DNA of 64,000 nucleotides from an uncultured Planctomycetales bacterium (GTDB lineage Bacteria; Omnitrophota; Gorgyraeia; Zapsychrales; JANLHA01): NCBI GenBank assembly GCA_964374105.1, contig CAYJXI010000006.1, positions 2,177 to 66,176 of the forward strand, read 5' to 3'. Shown piece by piece: positions 1 to 6,711 of this stretch (position 1 is its first letter; each line of letters starts with the position of its first letter). The notes under the pieces were generated by a model. It saw only the letters and a program-made list of their open reading frames with translations, ran no database searches and was not told where the DNA came from. The position numbers and the translations under genes were made by a program.

Positions 1-447
1 GGTGTTGAATCGGTCGGCACGGTTGTTAATGCCATTTCGTGTACTACACCTTGGAAGCTCGGTGATGGGATTCCAACGCTTGCATTCAACCAGATGATCA
101 AGGGAACCTGCACAGGAAGCTGTCTTGCTGCGACATTTACCGGCTATTATCACTGTAACGATCCTCTCCATCCTGATGGGCATTGTATCATTGACGATGC
201 CGATATCGAGACACGGGCCAATAAGGCTGATCGATACGGCGGCCCCTATTACAGCCTCTATGAAAACTGCACACGTGGGAGAGAATGGAATATGGAAGCG
301 ATTATGGTTCATGAAGTCGGTCATCTGCTTGGCTTGGGGCACTCAGACGTTGTTGGATCCACCATGTATCCTTCTGTATCCTCTTGCAATGCCGACCCGG
401 CGACCATTTCAAATGATGATGCGGCTGGTCTTGATGTGCTGTACTAA
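1..447 (+). CDS. Zinc metalloprotease, metzincin/matrixin-like, C-terminal fragment. It is 5'-truncated by the window edge; frame 1 is open from nt 1
   Basis: HEVGHLLGLGHSD matches the metzincin zinc-binding motif HExxHxxGxxH. The frame is open from position 1 upstream of the first ATG. Confidence 0.6.
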   Translation, partial: GVESVGTVVNAISCTTPWKLGDGIPTLAFNQMIKGTCTGSCLAATFTGYYHCNDPLHPDGHCIIDDADIETRANKADRYGGPYYSLYENCTRGREWNMEAIMVHEVGHLLGLGHSDVVGSTMYPSVSSCNADPATISNDDAAGLDVLY

Positions 448-780
448 GCTCAACCGAATAATCCACAGGAATATGTAGGCACCAGACACTAATTTCTAAA
501 ACATCCTGCCAAAGCACTGGCGTTTATCAGATTGAAGAAATTCAAGTCAAGCCCGTCTCCTTGGTGCTCAAAATAAAAGACAAAATAGTCTTAAATTACC
601 CGTGTGATAAAACCAAACGTATGAGTTGGGCAGGGAGTTTTCTGCCTTGGGCAAGGCAAGAGAAGGATGGACTCTTTTTGATGACACTGCCCTCCATATA
701 TCTAAGTCCGCTTAGCAACAATCGCTGGCAATTAAATAACGACAGAAAAATCTTTGCGCCGGTGATAAAGGAGTAGATTT

Positions 781-870
781 TTTAGGGAAACGATGCATCA
801 AATAGTGGCCGGGCGGCCACTATTGGGGAAGAGGGAAGCGGTAGCCCCGTTTAGGGACGGTCACATTCTC
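781..870. repeat. Copy A of the recurring cassette-boundary repeat; the perfect 24-nt palindrome AATAGTGGCCGGGCGGCCACTATT lies at 801-824
   Basis: Seen directly in the sequence. It shares a 30-nt identical block with the copy at 3993-4023. It is flanked by the TTTAGGGA direct repeat. Confidence 0.8.
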
Positions 871-877
871 ATAAGTT

Positions 878-1411
878 ATGAAAAATTACTGTACATATTG
901 TACAAAGGAAATTGAGAATGACGTTGTTTTGTGCCTTGATTGCTCAGCTAGATTCCGATCTGATCCAAGCATGGCAATGGAAATTGCTACAAAGTATGTT
1001 AATTTCATTGGAGAACATCCAGAGATACAAAAGAAAGCTATTATGGTTGGTCTACCAGAAACGATATTACCTTATAACCGAGTTGTTATTAAAACATCTA
1101 TGCAGATTATGCTGTTGGCAATCAATGCTGATGTCTCAAAGAATCCTGTGAAGGAGCATTTAGAAAAAAGAGATAGTATTGAAGGTTGCTATCTAACGTT
1201 GCACAATTTCCAGTCTATGGTAGATTTACCATTCCCAGAGCTTTGCAATTATAAAGAAGATAGTGTTTCAGTAATGGCTAAGTTAGGGGAAAGATTAAAA
1301 GATAGCGAAACGGCAGAAGCATATATGACGTGGGAGTTAAAAAATGTAATTACACAGAAAAAGTACGAGAGGATGTTAGACAGATTGAGGATTCCTGTAC
1401 CGCACGACTGA
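878..1411 (+). CDS. Hypothetical protein with an N-terminal CxxC...CxxC zinc ribbon
   Basis: 177-aa ORF with CTYCTKEIENDVVLCLDC at the N-terminus. It overlaps the start of the downstream RusA-like gene, which suggests co-transcription. Confidence 0.4.
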   Translation: MKNYCTYCTKEIENDVVLCLDCSARFRSDPSMAMEIATKYVNFIGEHPEIQKKAIMVGLPETILPYNRVVIKTSMQIMLLAINADVSKNPVKEHLEKRDSIEGCYLTLHNFQSMVDLPFPELCNYKEDSVSVMAKLGERLKDSETAEAYMTWELKNVITQKKYERMLDRLRIPVPHD

Positions 1412-1428
1412 AATGTAACGAGTATTAT

Positions 1429-1905
1429 ATGTCACCAAAGAATCCTCTATATACAATTTGGGTCGATGGGAAACCGTTGAATTATAGAAATAAAAGTAAA
1501 CGTATTAGAGCTGCTTACAAAGGCAGAATTCAAACTGAAGCAAAAAAAGTGGTTAATAATCCGTGGAGTTCTAAAAGAATAGATGTGGAAATATGGTTCT
1601 CCGCAGATTCTGCCGTACGCCCAGATGTCGATAATGTTGCAAAACCAATATTGGATGCTCTACAAGGGATTGTCTACGTAAATGATTTTCAGGTACGCTC
1701 AGTTAAGGTAGGATGTATACCAAGAGATGGTGCCTTTGAATGTGAAAAAGAAGACCAAAAAGATTTTTTTAGATTACTTGATACTAATAAAGAAGAGTTT
1801 TTAATAAGAATATTTTACGGTATGTCAATTTCCAGGAAAAAATATGGTAACATCGTTTGTTATCCAATTAAAATGTTTCGAGAAAAATTTAAAAGTGATG
1901 CCTGA
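1429..1905 (+). CDS. RusA-like Holliday-junction resolvase (crossover junction endodeoxyribonuclease). The six-frame ORF opens at 1330; the likely start is the ATG at 1429
   Basis: Matches the RusA family signature (D-x-D-N...K-x-x-x-D-x-L, then a hydrophobic D-D). Relevant residues: RIDVEIWFSA, PDVDNVAKPILDALQGIVYVNDFQV. Confidence 0.6.
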   Translation: MSPKNPLYTIWVDGKPLNYRNKSKRIRAAYKGRIQTEAKKVVNNPWSSKRIDVEIWFSADSAVRPDVDNVAKPILDALQGIVYVNDFQVRSVKVGCIPRDGAFECEKEDQKDFFRLLDTNKEEFLIRIFYGMSISRKKYGNIVCYPIKMFREKFKSDA

Positions 1906-1934
1906 TCCCCCATGAAGGAAAAAGGGCAAAAAAA

Positions 1935-2561
1935 GTGGTGTCTGTCCCGACTTTTTTGATATTACTCGCTTTTCTTGTAGCATCGAGTTCCTCAACGATA
2001 AGGACCACGTTGAATGGTTTTACCGTTCATGTCCGGTATCAAGAGGATATGCGCTATAAGCTTGATATCATTCGGAATGCTAATAAATCTCTGATTCAAA
2101 CCATTTCTGTCCGTAACGGTGTTGATCCTTCTGTTCCAGGCGGTCTGGAAATAATTGACATTAATCAGGATGGCTATGGTGACCTGCGCCTCCGTGGTGG
2201 AGAGACAGCTAAAAGTGCTTGGTACAAGATATGGTACTTTGATCCAAAAAGTGAGCAATTCGTTTGGTCACATACAACACATCCAACAGATCCGCGTGAT
2301 GACAGTGATCTAGTGCCTTCAGCCGGTGTTGCTAAGGTGGCGTCTTCGATTATAATCAAGCGCTCAGATAACCCATGGATTTGGGATGGTGTTCGTCAAG
2401 TGCTGACGAACGCTGGCATCGATCATGAGATTATCAAGATAGAAACACGGCCAGAATATTCAATTCTTACAGTAGCAGTTTACTTCAACGAACCATCACA
2501 TCCAAATACAGTAAGCCTCATTCACTTTGACGGCAATAAATGGTTCTTAAGGACAGAATAG
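1935..2561 (+). CDS. Hypothetical secreted protein
   Basis: 208-aa ORF with an N-terminal hydrophobic signal-like segment (MVSVPTFLILLAFLVASSSS). No recognisable domain. Confidence 0.4.
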   Translation: MVSVPTFLILLAFLVASSSSTIRTTLNGFTVHVRYQEDMRYKLDIIRNANKSLIQTISVRNGVDPSVPGGLEIIDINQDGYGDLRLRGGETAKSAWYKIWYFDPKSEQFVWSHTTHPTDPRDDSDLVPSAGVAKVASSIIIKRSDNPWIWDGVRQVLTNAGIDHEIIKIETRPEYSILTVAVYFNEPSHPNTVSLIHFDGNKWFLRTE

Positions 2562-2640
2562 TAGGTGGCCGGGGGACACGCGCCGAAACCCAAATGAAAA
2601 GTTAAAGCACCAGACACGTCTTACGAAGGATGCGTAGCCT
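2553..2640. repeat. Copy C1 of a related intergenic repeat (AATAGTAGGTGGCCGGGGGACACGCGCCGAAACCCAAAT ... GCACCAGACAC)
   Basis: About 80% identical to 4895-4960 over roughly 60 nt. It shares AATAGT..GTGGCCGGG with copies A and B. Confidence 0.7.
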
Positions 2641-2664
2641 CTCCCCTGGCCTACAAACATCTGA

Positions 2665-2716
2665 TTGACTTTGTAATATGTTTATATTACAATTGTAATA
2701 AATTTGTATTACAGTT
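2665..2716 (+). promoter_or_regulatory. Sigma70-like promoter overlapping two tandem palindromic operators
   Basis: Promoter: TTGACT at 2665-2670 and TACAAT at 2688-2693. Operator 1 at 2671-2692 is the perfect palindrome TTGTAATAT-gttt-ATATTACAA. Operator 2 at 2693-2713 is TTGTAATA-aatt-TGTATTACA. The half-site is TGTAATA. The whole block lies directly upstream of the wHTH-nucleotidyltransferase gene. Confidence 0.45.
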
Positions 2717-2737
2717 TCTAATCCCGGTTCCAAGCTA

Positions 2738-3322
2738 ATGGACATCTCTAAAATATTCCATTCCCAAACCCGTAAAGAGCTCTTCCGGCTTTATTTCACC
2801 AACCCTGACCAAAAATACTATCTACGCGAACTCGAACGTCAGTTATCGATTCCCGTAAGCATGATCCGCGCGGAACTGTTGCGTCTTGAGAAAGACGGCA
2901 TTTTTTATTCCAGCCGGCAGGGGAATCTTACCTATTATGCCTTGAATCGATCTTACCCCTTGTTTGAAGAATTAAAAAGTATCGTCTTTAAAACGATCGG
3001 CATCCAGGGAGAGCTTAAGAATATTTTAAGTCCAATGAAAGGAATCGAGGCCGCTCTCATCTACGGGTCTTTCGCGCGTAAGCAGGAGACCGCCCAAAGC
3101 GATATCGATATCCTTATTATCGGCACCCTTGAACAATCCACGCTGCCGGGCCGTATTCGTAAACTCGAAAATAAGATCCAACGGGAGATTAATTACACCG
3201 TGCTGACACCGGAGGAATTCCGCGGCAAAATAAAAGAAAAAGGGTCTTTCCTCGAGCAGGTCATGAAAAATCCGGTCATATTTTTAGTGGGGGATAAGAA
3301 TGTCCTTCGAAAAATTTCTTAA
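2738..3322 (+). CDS. Winged-HTH regulator fused to a minimal nucleotidyltransferase (MNT, Pol-beta superfamily) domain
   Basis: The N-terminus is wHTH-like. The C-terminus carries the nucleotidyltransferase motif GSFARKQETAQSDIDILII, which fits the GS-x9-13-DxD pattern. Confidence 0.65.
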   Translation: MDISKIFHSQTRKELFRLYFTNPDQKYYLRELERQLSIPVSMIRAELLRLEKDGIFYSSRQGNLTYYALNRSYPLFEELKSIVFKTIGIQGELKNILSPMKGIEAALIYGSFARKQETAQSDIDILIIGTLEQSTLPGRIRKLENKIQREINYTVLTPEEFRGKIKEKGSFLEQVMKNPVIFLVGDKNVLRKIS

Positions 3323-3533
3323 TGATTACGAACGCCGCGGGCTTCTTAAAGAACAAGTGACCGGTATCAAAGCTGTCGAAGATTTAATCTCAGCGAGAAT
3401 TCCCCGCCTTTATTTAAGGCGGGGATGAGAGCAAATTCCAGAAATGAAATTTCTGGACAACGATTAGCGCCAACAGCGCTTGAGACAGTAAGTTCCCCGC
3501 CTGTGAAGGCGGGGGAATCTAATCAAGCGCTCT

Positions 3534-3908
3534 TTGAAAGACTTGAAAGCCGCCAAAGCGAACTTAAAAATCGATGAAGGGATCGCTTATACAGTCGCGT
3601 ATCTGGCGATGTTACACGCAGCCAGAGGGTTGATGTTGGTGAAAGGTTACCGTCCCGTGGGGAATTTTCAACATAAAACCTGTGTTGAGTTCATGATGCA
3701 TTTTTTAGGGAAAGAATTTAAGGCCCTCGCTGAATATTTTGATATGATGCGGCGCAAGCGCAATATTTTTACCTACGAAAGTGATATCTTGATCTCAGGC
3801 ACCGAAGCCGAAGAGGCGATCAAGCGGGCGGTTGAATTTGTTCAGCTGATCAAAGAACTGCTCCGCAAGGAACACCCCCAGATGGAGCTGGACTTTGATT
3901 TGAATTAA
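3534..3908 (+). CDS. HEPN-domain protein with a TTG start, adjacent to the MNT gene; a candidate MNT-HEPN toxin-antitoxin-like pair
   Basis: Helical profile resembles HEPN (PF05168-like): AYTVAYLAMLHAARGLMLVKGYRP...FQHKTCVEFM...RRKRNIFTYES. The canonical Rx4-6H motif is degenerate (T in place of H). An in-frame TGA at 3504-3506 limits any extension upstream. Confidence 0.5.
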   Translation: MKDLKAAKANLKIDEGIAYTVAYLAMLHAARGLMLVKGYRPVGNFQHKTCVEFMMHFLGKEFKALAEYFDMMRRKRNIFTYESDILISGTEAEEAIKRAVEFVQLIKELLRKEHPQMELDFDLN

Positions 3909-4009
3909 GTCATATCCCTGGAATTTGAATTTCAACGCCGTCGTCTATTTGCATGAGGCGCTTGCGCAGGAAGAGCAGGAACCAGTGGGGACGGGGAAAC
4001 GATGCATCA

Positions 4010-4034
4010 AATAGTGGCCGGGCCGGCCACAATT
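4010..4034. repeat. Copy B of the recurring cassette-boundary repeat, with palindromic core AATAGTGGCCGGGCCGGCCACAATT
   Basis: Nucleotides 3993-4023 are identical over 30 nt to 785-814 (GGGAAACGATGCATCAAATAGTGGCCGGGC). Outer inverted segments are GACGGGG and CCCCGTT. Confidence 0.8.
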
Positions 4035-4152
4035 GGGAAAAAGAGTAAAAGGTGTCCCCGTTGGGGGACTGACTCTTTCTCCTTCAACGGTAATTCGGCA
4101 CTTGTCCAGAATCAATGTAGTGAGTGGGAGTGAAAGAGGGAGGATTACTGAA

Positions 4153-4935
4153 ATGACCACAATATCGACAATCTTACCAGATGCAGATTCAATTTTAGCT
4201 CTTGAACCAGAAGAATTGGCTGGATATCTTTTAGAGTATCTGAATTCTCTTCCCGAACAAGAGAGAAGACACCTCAATAGATATAATTTTAGTTTAGAAT
4301 ATAATTTTTCGGATTATCCTCAAGGGCTCCGAGAAGATATTTTAAAAGTATTCATGGAGGCATGGTGTTGGCTTGAGCGAGAAGGATTAATTGCACCTAA
4401 ACCGGGCCAGCAAGGTGAATGGGTTTTTATTACAAGACGAGGACAAAAATTAAAAAATCATCAAGACTTAGAAGCTTTCCGGAAGGCCAATTTATTACCA
4501 CGTCAATTACTTCACCCAATTATTGCTCAAGAAGTCTGGTCTGCCTTTATTCGAGGAAAATATGATACTGCAGTCTTTCAGGCTTTTAAAGAAGTCGAAG
4601 TAGCAGTACGAAATGCTGGTTGTTTTACAGCAACCGATTACGGTGTCCCACTTATGCGTAAAGCATTCGATGAAAATTCTGGTCCCCTAACTGATCAATC
4701 TTTACCTTTACCTGAACGGCAAGCAATGGCCCATCTTTTTGCGAGGGCAATTGGTCTTTATAAAAATCCATCAAGTCATCGACATATCTGCATAAAAGAT
4801 CCAGCCGAGGCAGTTGAGATAGTCAGTTTGGCAAGTCACTTAATGCGAATAATCGATTCACGAGTTGAAAATAAGGCCTCAGAAAAAGACGGGAATCCGT
4901 GGAATCCGGGGGACCCACGCCGAAATCCAAATTAA
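4153..4935 (+). CDS. Ymh/TIGR02391-type (HEPN-superfamily, abortive-infection-associated) domain protein with an uncharacterised N-terminal region. The likely start is the ATG at 4153; the six-frame ORF opens at 4033 inside repeat B
   Basis: HPIIAQEVWSAFIRGKYDTAVFQAFKEVEVAVRNAG plus YKNPSSHRHICIKDPAEAVEIVSLASHLMRIID matches the Hypoth_Ymh pattern (AVfeAfKavEvavR ... RNPxxH ... eAxexlxLaSxLlR). A strong SD (GAGGGAGG) lies upstream of 4153. Confidence 0.55.
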   Translation: MTTISTILPDADSILALEPEELAGYLLEYLNSLPEQERRHLNRYNFSLEYNFSDYPQGLREDILKVFMEAWCWLEREGLIAPKPGQQGEWVFITRRGQKLKNHQDLEAFRKANLLPRQLLHPIIAQEVWSAFIRGKYDTAVFQAFKEVEVAVRNAGCFTATDYGVPLMRKAFDENSGPLTDQSLPLPERQAMAHLFARAIGLYKNPSSHRHICIKDPAEAVEIVSLASHLMRIIDSRVENKASEKDGNPWNPGDPRRNPN

Positions 4936-4960
4936 GAACTAAGGTACCAGGCACTACTGA
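4895..4960. repeat. Copy C2 of the same intergenic repeat (CCGGGGGACCCACGCCGAAATCCAAAT ... TACCAGGCAC). It supplies the stop codon of the Ymh-type gene
   Basis: Seen directly; aligns with 2569-2617. Confidence 0.7.
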
Positions 4961-4988
4961 AAGGGGATCCAAAGTGTCTTCAAACTCC

Positions 4989-5016
4989 TTGCCTAATAAA
5001 CGCCCTTTTCTATAAT
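4989..5016 (+). promoter_or_regulatory. Conserved promoter-like module (TTGCCT, 16-nt spacer, TATAAT); copy 1 of 2
   Basis: TTGCCTAATAAACGCCCTTTTCTATAAT is nearly identical in layout to TTGTCTAATAAACGGGCTTCCACTATAAT at 5790-5818. Confidence 0.45.
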
Positions 5017-5079
5017 ACGCGGCATGCGATGTGCGGGAATTCTTGTGGCATCGTCCCAAGTGATGGATTTGAATCAATT

Positions 5080-5105
5080 GAAAGTGGAAAGTGGAAAGTG
5101 GAAAG
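5080..5105. repeat. Tandem heptamer array, (GAAAGTG)x3 followed by GAAAG
   Basis: Seen directly. It sits between the conserved promoter module and the hicB promoter. Confidence 0.8.
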
Positions 5106-5156
5106 AAAAGAGGATTGGTGATAAGTCTCCTCGGAGAATTGTCCCAAACTAACCCT

Positions 5157-5184
5157 TGTCAAATGCTTATTAAATGCTATACTT
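5157..5184 (+). promoter_or_regulatory. Sigma70-like promoter for hicB (TTGTCA, 16-nt spacer, TATACT), followed by an SD (AAAGGGG)
   Basis: Hexamers lie at 5157-5162 and 5179-5184. The hicB ATG is at 5209. Confidence 0.45.
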
Positions 5185-5208
5185 TGGTATTGAGAAAGGG
5201 GAAAATTC

Positions 5209-5511
5209 ATGGGCAAATCGCACTATATTGAAGTTAACTTACCGGTTCAGTTTATTAAGGAAGGCAAGGAGTATATTGCTTATTGTCCAGCACTCGATAT
5301 TTCGACTTCTGGCTCATCAATTGCAGAAGCCAAAGAGATGTTTTTTGAGCTAGTTCATTTATTCTTCGAGGAAATTCTGAAAAAGGGGACACTCGAGGAA
5401 GTTTTATTAGAATGTGGCTGGACAAAGACCGCTAAATCAAAATGGGAGCCACCTCAACGAGAATTCCTTAATGAAATTCAGCAAAAGATTAGCATTCCAT
5501 GTCCCGCCTAA
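5209..5511 (+). CDS. hicB: HicB-family antitoxin (UPF0150 fold)
   Basis: YIAYCPALDISTSGSSIAEAKEMFFELVHLFFEE is typical of the HicB N-terminal RNase-H-like-fold antitoxin domain. Confidence 0.6.
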   Translation: MGKSHYIEVNLPVQFIKEGKEYIAYCPALDISTSGSSIAEAKEMFFELVHLFFEEILKKGTLEEVLLECGWTKTAKSKWEPPQREFLNEIQQKISIPCPA

Positions 5512-5523
5512 CACCCATCCATT

Positions 5524-5735
5524 ATGATAAATTTCACAAATTTTTATTGTAGGTTGGTTGTGAGTTTGTACGGCAAAAAGGGAGCCATCGAATTTATCAA
5601 CGCGCGGATCTCAAGAGACCCATCATCCTTCCTGTAAGAAAAGAAATTCCGATTTTTATCATTCTGAACAATTTACGCACTTTAAATATCTCCAAAGAAA
5701 AATATATTGAGATTATAAATAATAAGGTTAAGTAG
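5524..5735 (+). pseudogene. hicA: HicA-family mRNA interferase toxin, frameshifted. The ATG at 5524 is in one frame; the homology continues from 5553 in another
   Basis: The frame starting at 5553 reads VGCEFVRQKGSHRIYQRADLKRPIILPVRKEIPIFIILNNLRTLNISKEKYIEII. This matches the HicA consensus (GWelvRqkGSHhiy...PvHk.elk.Gtl.sIlkqagis.eef). It is preceded in-frame by a TAG at 5550-5552, and the only ATG (5524) is in a different frame. Confidence 0.5.
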
Positions 5736-5789
5736 CAGAGTAGATGTTTACGCTGGTTTTTACTTCGTGATCTACCCAGCGCAATTTTC

Positions 5790-5818
5790 TTGTCTAATAA
5801 ACGGGCTTCCACTATAAT
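5790..5818 (+). promoter_or_regulatory. Conserved promoter-like module (TTGTCT, 17-nt spacer, TATAAT); copy 2 of 2. A terminator-like hairpin follows at 5859-5895
   Basis: Hexamers with perfect -10. The hairpin AAGGCGGAcagaaaactaTCCGCCTT plus a T-run lies 40 nt downstream, before the Mrr_N gene. This is compatible with a short (about 70-nt) transcript or an attenuator. Confidence 0.4.
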
Positions 5819-5939
5819 GCGGGACGTGGAAGAGACGATAAACATATAAAATTTTGATAAGGCGGACAGAAAACTATCCGCCTTTCTTGTTTTCTGGACT
5901 ATTTTGAACTAACGGAGGTTTTATTGCAGGAGATGAGGC

Positions 5940-6362
5940 ATGAAAGGCCCACAATTTATTAAGTATTTTGTTCCGGTGATTCAAGCCCTCAAAGAGTTGG
6001 GTAATTCAGGGACACCTTCTGAAGTGCGGGAAGTAATTATAAAAAATCTGAAAATTCCTGATTCTGTTTTAAATGAACAAGTGAAAAGTGGTACATCAAG
6101 ATTTGATAACAAGGTGGCCTGGGCACGCTTTTATTTAGCAAAAGCTGGTTATCTTAATTCCTCCAAGCGTGGCGTTTGGACTTTTACAGAGAAGGGTATC
6201 AATTCGACGTTAACGGAAAAGGAGGCTTTAGAACTTTTTCAAAGCATCCAGAGGACCTTTCATAAAGAAGAACCCCAGGTTGAAAATTTGGAAGAAGAAG
6301 TAGCTCCCTCTGCCCCGGGAAATATTCATTCTGGTAAGTATCGGGAAGAATTTTTAAATTGA
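5940..6362 (+). CDS. Standalone Mrr_N (restriction-system Mrr N-terminal winged-helix) domain protein
   Basis: FVPVIQALKELGNSGTPSEVREVI...KVAWARFYLAKAGYLNSSKRGVWTFTEKG matches the Mrr_N pattern (vgWArtyLkkAGLlespkRGvw.iTe.G). No nuclease domain follows. Confidence 0.6.
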   Translation: MKGPQFIKYFVPVIQALKELGNSGTPSEVREVIIKNLKIPDSVLNEQVKSGTSRFDNKVAWARFYLAKAGYLNSSKRGVWTFTEKGINSTLTEKEALELFQSIQRTFHKEEPQVENLEEEVAPSAPGNIHSGKYREEFLN

Positions 6363-6711
6363 CGCGTGAGGAGATTATGAACTTATCACAAATTGTGATA
6401 AGTTCTAGAATCAAACGTGCCCCTAATGTTTTTGCCTTCACAGAACAGGGGGTGGCGATGCTGTCCAGTATTTTGAGAAGCAAGAGAGCCATAGTGGTTA
6501 ATGTTGCTATTATGCGCACTTTCGTAAGGTGGAGGGAATTTATCTCTACTCACAAAGAATTAGCCTATAAACTATGAAGAGCTTGAACGAAAAGTTGGAC
6601 AGCATGATCAGGAAATCCGTACTGTCTTTGAAGCCATTCGGCAGCTCATGACCCCGCCTCCTGACCCACCCAAACGAAGAATCGGCTTTCTTGCAGATTA
6701 ATAATGAAGAA
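6359..6711 (+). pseudogene. ORF6N (KilA-N-like, phage antirepressor-associated) domain gene remnant. It is N-terminally truncated (TTG start) and frameshifted near 6570-6580
   Basis: Frame A reads NVFAFTEQGVAMLSSILRSKRAIVVNVAIMRTFV. A shifted frame (6588-6711) reads EELERKVGQHDQEIRTVFEAIRQLMTPPPDPPKRRIGF. Both match the ORF6N-family consensus (yaFTEqGVaMLSsvL.S.rAi.vNi.ImRaFv ... vfeAIrqLm.pp...kr.IGF). Confidence 0.5.

Noticed and set aside
781-4960. Canonical integron attC sites (RYYYAAC ... GTTRRRY) within the cassette-boundary repeats
   Set aside because: The repeats are hairpin-rich, but the terminal boxes are not complementary in the attC manner. An example is GGGAAAC versus GTTTAGG, which are direct rather than inverted. 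I therefore report them as an unclassified repeat family rather than attC.
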